Assembly (NCBI RefSeq): GCF_009914755.1
Contig: NC_060925.1
Reading direction: 5' to 3' (one strand)
Length of the DNA: 64,000 bases
Source: the human T2T-CHM13v2.0 reference genome, Homo sapiens
In this document: positions 51,901 to 62,500 of the stretch, one piece after another
How the letters are laid out: each line of letters opens with the position of its first letter
Numbering within the stretch: position 1 is the first letter of the stretch
Translations under genes and position numbers: made by a program
The notes under the pieces: generated by a model
The model's database searches: none
What the model was told of the DNA's origin: nothing
Seen by the model: the letters and a program-made list of their open reading frames with translations, nothing else

Positions 51901-54462
51901 AGGAGTTTCTGAGAATCATTCTGTCTAGTTTTTCTACGAATATATTTCCTTTTCTACTATTGACCTCAAAGCGGCTGAAATCTCCAATTGCAAATTCCAC
52001 AAAAAGAGTGTTTCAAGTCTGCTCTGTGTAAAGGATCGTTCAACTCTGTGAGTTGAATACACACAACACAAGGAAGTTACTGAGAATTCTTCTGTCTAGC
52101 AGAATATGAAGAAATCCCGTTTCCAACGAAGGCCTCAAAGAGGTCTGAATATCCACTTGCAGACTTTACAAACAGAGTGTTTCCTAACTGCTCTATGAAA
52201 AGAAAGGTTAAACTCTGTGAGTTGAACGCACACATCACAAAGGAGTTTCTGAGAATCATTCTGTCTAGTTTCTATAGGAAGATATTTCCTATTCTACCAT
52301 TGACCTCAAAGCGGCTGAAATCTCCACTTGCAAATTCCACAAAAAGAGTGTTTCAAGACTGCTCTGTGTAAAGGATCGTTCAACTCTGTGAGTTGAATAC
52401 ACACAACACAAGGAAGTTACTGAGAATTATTCTGTCTAGCAGAATATGAAGAAATCCCGTTTCCAACGAAGGCCTCAAGGAGGTCTGAATATCCACTTGC
52501 AGACTTTACAAACAGAGTGTTTCCTTACTGCTCTATGAACAGAAAGGTTAAACTCTGTGAGTTGAACGAACACATCACAACGCAGTTTGTGGGAATGATT
52601 CTGTCTAGTTTTGAAACGAAGATATTTCCTTTTCTGCCGTTGACCTTAAAGCGCTTGAAATCTACACTTGCAAATTGCACAAATAGAGTGTTTCAAATCT
52701 GCTCTGTCTAAGGGAACGTTCAACTCTGTGAATTGAATGCACACAACACAAGGAAGTTACTGGGAATTCTTCTGTCTAGCCTTACATGAAAAAAACCCGT
52801 TTCCAACGAAGGCCTCTAAGTGGTCAAAATATCCACGAGCAGACTTTACAAACAGAGTGTTTCCAAACCGCTGAATGAAAAGAAAAGTTAAACTCTGAGA
52901 GTTGAACGCACACATCACGCAGCAGTTTCTGAGAATGATTCTGTCTAGTTTTTATACGAAGATATTTCCTTTTCTGCCTTTGGCCCCAAAGCGCTTGAAA
53001 TCTCCACTTGCAAATTCCACAAAAACAGTGTTTCAAATCTGCTCTCTCTAAATGAAAGTTCAACTCTATCAGTTGAATACACACAACACAAGGAAGTTAC
53101 TGAGAATTCTTCTGTCTAGCAGAATATGAAGAAATCCCGTTTCCAACGAAGGCCTCAAAGGGGTCTGAATATCCACTTGCAGACTTTATAAACAGAGTGT
53201 TTACTAACTGCTCTATGAAAAGAAAGGTTAAACTCTGTGAGTTGAACACACACATCACAAAGGAGTTTCTGAGAATCATTCTGTCTAGTTTTTCTACGAA
53301 GATATTTCCTTTTCTACTATTGACCTCAAAGCGGCTGAAATCTCCACTTGCAAATTCCACAAAAAGAGTGTTTCAAGTCTGCTCTGTGTAAAGGATCGTT
53401 CAACTCTGTGAGTTGAATACACACAACACAAGGAAGTTACTGAGAATTCTTCTGTCTAGCAGAATAGGAAGAAATCCCGTTTCCAACGAAGGCCTCAAAG
53501 AGGTCTGAATATCCACGTGCAGACTTTTCAAACAGAGTGTTTCCTAACTGCTCTATGAAAAGAAAGGTTAAACTCTGTGAGTTGAACGCACACATCACAA
53601 AGGAGTTTCTGAGAATCGTTCTGTCTAGTTTCTATAGGAAGATATTTCCTATTCTACCATTGACCTCAAAGCGGCTGAAATCTCCACTTGCAAATTCCAC
53701 AAAAAGAGTGTTTCAAGTCTGCTCTGTGTAAAGGATCGTTCAACTCTGTGAGTTGAATACACACAACACAAGGAAGTTACTGAGAATTCTTCTGTCTAGC
53801 AGAATATGAAGAAATCCCGTTTCCAACGAAGGCCACAAGATGTCAGAATATCCACTTACAGACTTTACAAACAGAGTGTTTCCTAACTGCTCTATGAACA
53901 GAAAGGTTAAACTCTGTGAGTTGAACGAACACATCACAACGCAGTTTGTGGGAATGATTCTGTCTAGTTTTGAAAGGAAGATATTTCCTTTTCAGCCGTT
54001 GACCTTAAAGCGCTTGAAATCTACACTTGCAAATTGCACAAATAGGCTGTTTCAAATCTGCTCTGTCTAAGGGAACGTTCAACTCTGTGAGTTGAATGCA
54101 CACAACACAAGGAAGTTACTGGGAATTCTTCTGTCTAGCCTTACATGAAAAAAACCCGTTTCCAACGAAGGCCTCTAAGTGGTCAAAATATCCACGTGCA
54201 GACTTTACAAACAGAGTGTTTCCAAACCGCTGAATGAAAAGAAAAGTTAAACTCTGAGAGTTGAACGCACACATCACGCAGCAGTTTCTGAGAATGATTC
54301 TGTCTAGTTTTTATACGAAGATATTTCCTTTTCTGCCTTTGGCCCCAAAGCGCTTGAAATCTCCACTTGCAAATTCCACAAAAACAGTGTTTCAAATCTG
54401 CTCTCTCTAAATGAAAGTTCAACTCTGTCAGTTGAATACACACAACACAAGGAAGTTACTGA
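42907..54462 (-). repeat. Nested block X-Y-Y-X-Y (X = 1700-bp 10-mer; Y = ~2719-bp pair of distinct 8-mers)
   Basis: EcoRI-anchored boundaries 42907, 44607, 47325, 50044, 51744, 54463; ORF offsets 2718 (44700/47418) and 7137 (43340/50477, 45687/52824). Confidence 0.85.
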
Positions 54463-56503
54463 GAATTCTTCTGTCTAGCATAATATGAAGAAATCCCGTT
54501 TCCAACGAAGGCCTCAAAGGGGTCTGAATATCCACTTGCAGACTTTATAAACAGAGTGTTTACTAACTGCTCTATGAAAAGAAAGGTTAAACTCTGTGAG
54601 TTGAACACACACATCACAAAGGAGTTTCTGAGAATCATTCTGTCTAGTTTTTCTACGAAGATATTTCCTTTTCTACTATTGACCTCAAAGCGGCTGAAAT
54701 CTCCACTTGCAAATTCCACAAAAAGAGTGTTTCAAGTCTGCTCTGTGTAAAGGATCGTTCAACTCTGTGAGTTGAATACACACAACACAAGGAAGTTACT
54801 GAGAATTCTTCTGTCTAGCAGAATAGGAAGAAACCCCGTTTCCAACGAAGGCCTCAAAGAGGTCTGAATATCCACTTGCAGACTTTACAAACAGAGTGTT
54901 TCCTAACTGCTCTATGAAAAGAAAGGTTAAACTCTGTGAGTTGAACGCACACATCACAAAGGAGTTTCTGAGAATCATTCTGTCTAGTTTCTATAGGAAG
55001 ATATTTCCTATTCTACCATTGACCTCAAAGCGGCTGAAATCTCCACTTGCAAATTCCACAAAAAGAGTGTTTCAAGTCTGCTCTGTGTAAAGGATCATTC
55101 AACTCTGTGAGTTGAATACACACAACACAAGGAAGTTACTGAGAATTCTTCTGTCTAGCAGAATATGAAGAAATCCCGTTTCCAACGAAGGCCTCAAGGA
55201 GGTCTGAATATCCACTTGCAGACTTTACAAACAGAGTGTTTCCTAACTGCTCTATGAACAGAAAGGTTAAACTCTGTGAGTTGAACGCACACATCACAAA
55301 GGAGTTTCTGAGAATCATTCTGTCTAGTCTTTATACGAAGATATTTACTTTTCTACCATTGACCTCAAAGCGTCTGAAATCTCCAATTGCAAATTCCACA
55401 AAAAGAGTGTTTCAAGTCTGCTCTGTGTAAAGGATCATTCAACTCTGTGAGTTGAATAAACACAACAGAAGGAAGTTACTGAGAATTCTTCTGTCTAGCA
55501 GAATATGAAGAAATCCCGTTTCCAACGAAGGCCTCAAGGAGGTCTGAATATCCACTTGCAGACTTTACAAACAGAGTGTTTCCTAACTGCTCTATGAACA
55601 GAAAGGTTAAACTCTGTGAGTTGAACGCACACATCACAAAGGAGTTTATGAGAATCATTCTGTCTAGTTTCTATAAGAAGATATTTCCTATTCTACCATT
55701 GACCTCAAAGCGGCTGAAATCTCCACTTGCAAATTCGACAAAAAGAGTGTTTCAAGCCTGCTCTCTGTAAAGGATCCTTCAACTCTGTGAGTTGAATACA
55801 CACAACACAAGGAAGTTACTGAGAATTATTGTGTCTAGCATAATATGAAGAAATCCCGTTTCCAACGAAGGCCTCAAAGAGGTCTGAATATCCACTTGCA
55901 GACTTTACAAACAGAGTGTTTCCTAACTGCTCTATGAGAAGAAAAGTTAAACTCTGTGAGTTGAACGCACACATCACAAAACATTTTCTGAGAATCATTC
56001 TGTCTAGTCTTTATATGAAGATAGTTTCCTTTTCTACCATTGACCTCAAAGCGGCTGAAATCTCCACTTGCAAATTCCACAAAAAGAGTGTTTCAAGTCT
56101 GCTCTGTGTAAAGGATCGTTCAACTCTGTGAGTTGAATACACACAACACAAGGAAGTTACTGAGAATTCTTCTGTCTAGCAGAATATGAAGAAATCCCGT
56201 TTCCAAAGAAGGCCTCAAGGAGGTCTGAATATCCACTTGCAGACTTTACAAACAGAGTGTTTCCTAACTGCTCTATGAACAGAAAGGTTAAACTCTGTGA
56301 GTTGAACGCACACATCACAAAGGAGTTTCTGAGAATCATTCTGTCTAGTCTTTATACGAAGATATTTACTTTTCTACCATTGACCTCAAAGCGGCTGAAA
56401 TCTCCACTTGCAAATTCCACAAAAAGAGTGTTTCAAGTCTGCTCTGTGTAAAGGATCGTTCAACTCTGTGAGTTGAATACACACAACACAAGGAAGTTAC
56501 TGA

Positions 56504-59500
56504 GAATTCTTCTGTCTAGCAGAATAGGAAGAAATCCCGTTTCCAACGAAGGCCACAAGATGTCAGAATATCCACTTACAGACTTTACAAACAGAGTGTT
56601 TCCTAACTGCTCTATGAACAGAAAGGTTAAACTCTGTGAGTTGAACGAACACATCACAACGCAGTTTGTGGGAATGATTCTGTCTAGTTTTGAAACGAAG
56701 ATATTTCCTTTTCTGCCGTTGACCTTAAAGCGCTTGAAATCTACACTTGCAAATTGCACAAATAGAGTGTTTCAAATCTGCTCTGTCTAAGGGAACGTTC
56801 AACTCTGTGAGTTGAATGCACACAACACAAGGAAGTTACTGGGAATTCTTCTGTCTAGCCTTACATGAAAAAAACCCGTTTCCAACGAATGCCTCTAAGT
56901 GGTCAAAATATCCACGTGCAGACTTTACAAACAGAGTGTTTCCAAACCGCTGAATGAAAAGAAAAGTTAAACTCTGAGAGTTGAACGCACACATCACGCA
57001 GCAGTTTCTGAGAATGATTCTGTGTAGTTTTTATACGAAGATATTTCCTTTTCTGCCTTTGGCCCCAAAGCGCTTGAAATCTCCACTTGCAAATTCCACA
57101 AAAACAGTGTTTCAAATCTGCTCTCTCTAAATGAAAGTTCAACTCTGTCAGTTGAATACACACAACACAAGGAAGTTACTGAGAATTCTTCTGTCTAGCA
57201 TAATATGAAGAAATCCCGTTTCCAACGAAGGCCTCAAAGGGGTCTGAATATCCACTTGCAGACTTTATAAACAGAGTGTTTACTAACTGCTCTACGAAAA
57301 GAAAGGTTAAACTCTGTGAGTTGAACACACACATCACAAAGGAGTTTCTGAGAATCATTCTGTCTAGTTTTTCTACGAAGATATGTCCTTTTCTACTATT
57401 GACCTCAAAGCGGCTGAAATCTCCACTTGCAAATTCCACAAAAAGAGTGTTTCAAGTCTGCTCTGTGTAAAGGATCGTTCAACTCTGTGAGTTGAATACA
57501 CACAACACAAGGAAGTTACTGAGAATTCTTCTGTCTAGCAGAATATGAAGAAATCCCGTTTCCAACGAAGGCCTCAAAGAGGTCTGAATATCCACTTGCA
57601 GACTTTACAAACAGAGTGTTTCCTAACTGCTCTATGAAAAGAATGGTTAAACTCTGTGAGTTGAACGCACACATCACAAAGGAGTTTCTGAGAATCATTC
57701 TGTCTATTTTCTATAGGAAGATATTTCCTATTCTACCATTGACCTCAAAGCGGCTGAAATCTCCACTTGCAAATTCCACAAAAAGAGTGTTTCAAGTCTG
57801 CTCTGTGTAAAGGATCATTCAACTCTGTGAGTTGAATAAACACAACACAAGGAAGTTACTGAGAATTCTTCTGTCTAGCAGAATATGAAGAAATCCCGTT
57901 TCCAACGAAGGCCTCAAGGAGGTCTGAATATCCACTTGCAGACTTTTCAAACAGAGTGTTTCCTAACTGCTCTATGAAAAGAAAGGTTAAACTCTGTGAG
58001 TTGAACGCACACATCACAAAGGAGTTTATGAGAATCATTCTGTCTAGTTTCTATAAGAAGACATTTCCTATTCTACCATTGACCTCAAAGCGGCTGAAAT
58101 CTCCACTTGCAAATTCGACAAAAAGAGTGTTTCAAGCCTGCTCTCTGTAAAGGATCCTTCAACTCTGTGAGTTGAATACACACAACACAAGGAAGTTACT
58201 GAGAATTATTCTGTCTAGCAAAATATGAAGAAATCCCGTTTCCAACGAAGGCCTCAAAGAGGTCTGAATATCCACTTGCAGACTTTACAAACAGAGTGTT
58301 TCCTAACTGCTCTATGAGAAGAAAAGTTAAACTCTGTGAGTTGAACGCACACATCACAAAAGATTTTCTGAGAATCATTCTGTCTAGTCTTTATATGAAG
58401 ATAGTTTCCTTTTCTACCATTGACCTCAAAGCGGCTGAAATCTCCAGTTGCAAATTCCACAAAAAGAGTGTTTCAAGTCTGCTCTGTGTAAAGGATCGTT
58501 CAACTCTGTGAGTTGAATACACACAACACAAGGAAGTTACTGAGAATTCTTCTGTCTAGCAGAATATGAAGAAATCCCGTTTCCAACGAAGGCCACAAGA
58601 TGTCAGAATATCCACTTACAGACTTTACAAACAGAGTGTTTCCTAACTGCTCTATGAACAGAAAGGTTAAACTCTGTGAGTTGAACGAACACATCACAAC
58701 GCAGTTTGTGGGAATGATTCTGTCTAGTTTTGAAACGAAGATATTTCCTTTTCTGCCGTTGACCTTAAAGCGCTTGAAATCTACACTTGCAAATTGCACA
58801 AATAGAGTGTTTCAAATCTGCTCTGTCTAAGGGAACGTTCAACTCTGTGAGTTGAATGCACACAACACAAGGAAGTTACTGGGAATTCTTCTGTCTAGCC
58901 TTACATGAAAAAAACCCGTTTCCAACGAAGGCCTCTAAGTGGTCAAAATATCCACGTGCAGACTTTACAAACAGAGTGTTTCCAAACCGCTGAATGAAAA
59001 GAAAAGTTAAACTCTGAGAGTTGAACGCACACATCACGCAGCAGATTCTGAGAATGATTCTGTCTAGTTTTTATACGAAGATATTTCCTTTTCTGCCTTT
59101 GGCCCCAAAGCGCTTGAAATCTCCACTTGCAAATTCCACAAAAACAGTGTTTCAAACCTGCTCTCTCTAAATGAAAGTTCAACTCTGTCAGTTGAATACA
59201 CACAACACAAGGAAGTTACTGAGAATTCTTCTGTCTAGCATAATATGAAGAAATCCCGTTTCCAACGAAGGCCTCAAAGGGGTCTGAATATCCACTTGCA
59301 GACTTTATAAACAGAGTGTTTCCTAACTGCTCTATGAAAAGAAAGGTTAAACTCTGTGAGTTGAACGCACACATCACAAAGGAGTTTCTGAGAATCATTC
59401 TGTCTAGTTTCTATAGGAAGATATTTCCTATTCTACCATTGACCTCAAAGCGGCTGAAATCTCCACTTGCAAATTCCACAAAAAGAGTGTTTCAAGTCTG

Positions 59501-62500
59501 CTCTGTGTAAAGGATCGTTCAACTCTGTGAGTTGAATACACACAACACAAGGAAGTTACTGAGAATTCTTCTGTCTAGCAGAATATGAAGAAATCCCGTT
59601 TCGAACGAAGGCCTCAAGGAGGTCTGAATATCCACTTGCAGACTTTACAAACAGAGTGTTTCCTAACTGCTCTATGAACAGAAAGGTTAAACTCTGTGAG
59701 TTGAACGCACACATCACAAAGGAGTTTCTGAGAATCATTCTGTCTAGTTTTTATACGAAGATATTTACTTTTCTACCATTGACCTCAAAGCGGCTGAAAT
59801 CTCCACTTGCAAATTCCACAAAAAGAGTGTTTCAAGTCTGCTCTGTGTAAAGGATCATTCAACTCTGTGAGTTGAATAAACACAACACAAGGAAGTTACT
59901 GAGAATTCTTCTGTCTAGCAGAATATGAAGAAATCCCGTTTCCAACGAAGGCCTCAAGGAGGTCTGAATATCCACTTGCAGACTTTACAAACAGAGTGTT
60001 TCCTAACTGCTCTATGAACAGAAAGGTTAAACTCTGTGAGTTGAACGCACACATCACAAAGGAGTTTATGAGAATCATTCTGTCTAGTTTCTATAAGAAG
60101 ATATTTCCTATTCTACCATTGACCTCAAAGCGGCTGAAATCTCCACTTGCAAATTCGACAAAAAGAGTGTTTCAAGCCTGCTCTCTGTAAAGGATCCTTC
60201 AACTCTGTGAGTTGAATACACACAACACAAGGAAGTTACTGAGAATTATTCTGTCTAGCATAATATGAAGAAATCCCGTTTCCAACGAAGGCCTCAAAGA
60301 GGTCTGAATATCCACTTGCAGACTTTACAAACAGAGTGTTTCCTAACTGCTCTATGAGAAGAAAAGTTAAACTCTGTGAGTTGAACGCACACATCACAAA
60401 AGATTTTCTGAGAATCATTCTGTCTAGTCTTTATATGAAGATAGTTTCCTTTTCTACCTTTGACCTCAAAGCGGCTGAAATCTCCACTTGCAAATTCCAC
60501 AAAAAGAGTGTTTCAAGTCTGCTCTGTGTAAAGGATCGTTCAACTCTGTGAGTTGAATACACACAACACAAGGAAGTTACTGAGAATTCTTCTGTCTAGC
60601 AGAATATGAAGAAATCCCGTTTCCAACGAAGGCCACAAGATGTCAGAATATCCACTTACAGACTTTACAAACAGAGTGTTTCCTAACTGCTCTATGAACA
60701 GAAAGGTTAAACTCTGTGAGTTGAACGAACACATCACAACCCAGTTTGTGGGAATGATTCTGTCTAGTTTTGAAAGGAAGATATTTCCTTTTCTGCCGTT
60801 GACCTTAAAGCGCTTGAAATCTACACTTGCAAATTGCACAAATAGGCTGTTTCAAATCTGCTCTGTCTAAGGGAACGTTCAACTCTGTGAGTTGAATGCA
60901 CACAACACAAGGAAGTTACTGGGAATTCTTCTGTCTAGCCTTACATGAAAAAAACCCGTTTCCAACGAAGGCCTCTAAGTGGTCAAAATATCCACGTGCA
61001 GACTTTACAAACAGAGTGTTTCCAAACCGCTGAATGAAAAGAAAAGTTAAACTCTGAGAGTTGAACGCACACATCACGCAGCAGTTTCTGAGAATGATTC
61101 TGTCTAGTTTTTATACGAAGATATTTCCTTTTCTGCCTTTGGCCCCAAAGCGCTTGAAATCTCCACTTGCAAATTCCACAAAAACAGTGTTTCAAATCTG
61201 CTCTCTCTAAATGAAAGTTCAACTCTGTCAGTTGAATACACACAACACAAGGAAGTTACTGAGAATTCTTCTGTCTAGCATAATATGAAGAAATCCCGTT
61301 TCCAACGAAGGCCTCAAAGGGGTCTGAATATCCACTTGCAGACTTTATAAACAGAGTGTTTACTAACTGCTCTATGAAAAGAAAGGTTAAACTCTGTGAG
61401 TTGAACACACACATCACAAAGGAGTTTCTGAGAATCATTCTGTCTAGTTTTTCTACGAAGATATTTCCTTTTCTACTATTGACCTCAAAGCGGCTGAAAT
61501 CTCCACTTGCAAATTCCACAAAAAGAGTGTTTCAAGTCTGCTCTGTGTAAAGGATCGTTCAACTCTGTGAGTTGAATACACACAACACAAGGAAGTTACT
61601 GAGAATTCTTCTGTCTAGCAGAATATGAAGAAATCCCGTTTCCAACGAAGGCCTCAAGGAGGTCTGAATATCCACTTGCAGACTTTACAAACAGAGTGTT
61701 TCCTAACTGCTCTATGAACAGAAAGGTTAAACTCTGTGAGTTGAACGCACACATCACAAAGGAGTTTCTGAGAATCATTCTGTCTAGTCTTTATACGAAG
61801 ATATTTACTTTTCTACCATTGACCTCAAAGCGGCTGAAATCTCCACTTGCAAATTCCACAAAAAGAGTGTTTCAAGTCTGCTCTGTGTAAAGGATCATTC
61901 AACTCTGTGAGTTGAATAAACACAACACAAGGAAGTTACTGAGAATTCTTCTGTCTAGCAGAATATGAAGAAATCCCGTTTCCAACGAAGGCCTCAAGGA
62001 GGTCTGAATATCCACTTGCAGACTTTTCAAACAGAGTGTTTCCTAACTGCTCTATGAAAAGAAAGGTTAAACTCTGTGAGTTGAACGCACACATCACAAA
62101 GGAGTTTATGAGAATCATTCTGTCTAGTTTCTATAAGAAGATATTTCCTATTCTACCATTGACCTCAAAGCGGCTGAAATCTCCACTTGCAAATTCGACA
62201 AAAAGAGTGTTTCAAGCCTGCTCTCTGTAAAGGATCCTTCAACTCTGTGAGTTGAATACACACAACACAAGGAAGTTACTGAGAATTATTCTGTCTAGCA
62301 TAATATGAAGAAATCCCGTTTCCAACGAAGGCCTCAAAGAGGTCTGAATATCCACTTGCAGACTTTACAAACAGAGTGTTTCCTAACTGCTCTATGAGAA
62401 GAAAAGTTAAACTCTGTGAGTTGAACGCACACATCACAAAAGATTTTCTGAGAATCATTCTGTCTAGTCTTTATATGAAGATAGTTTCCTTTTCTACCAT

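Noticed and set aside
18813-59610. Other CENP-B box variants (18813 tttaaaacg, 41578 tttacaac, 59594 ttcgaac, 2159 and ~56874 aacgaat, B-dimer acccg)
   Set aside because: The changes fall on non-essential N positions of NTTCGNNNNANNCGGGN, so they were not counted as disrupted.
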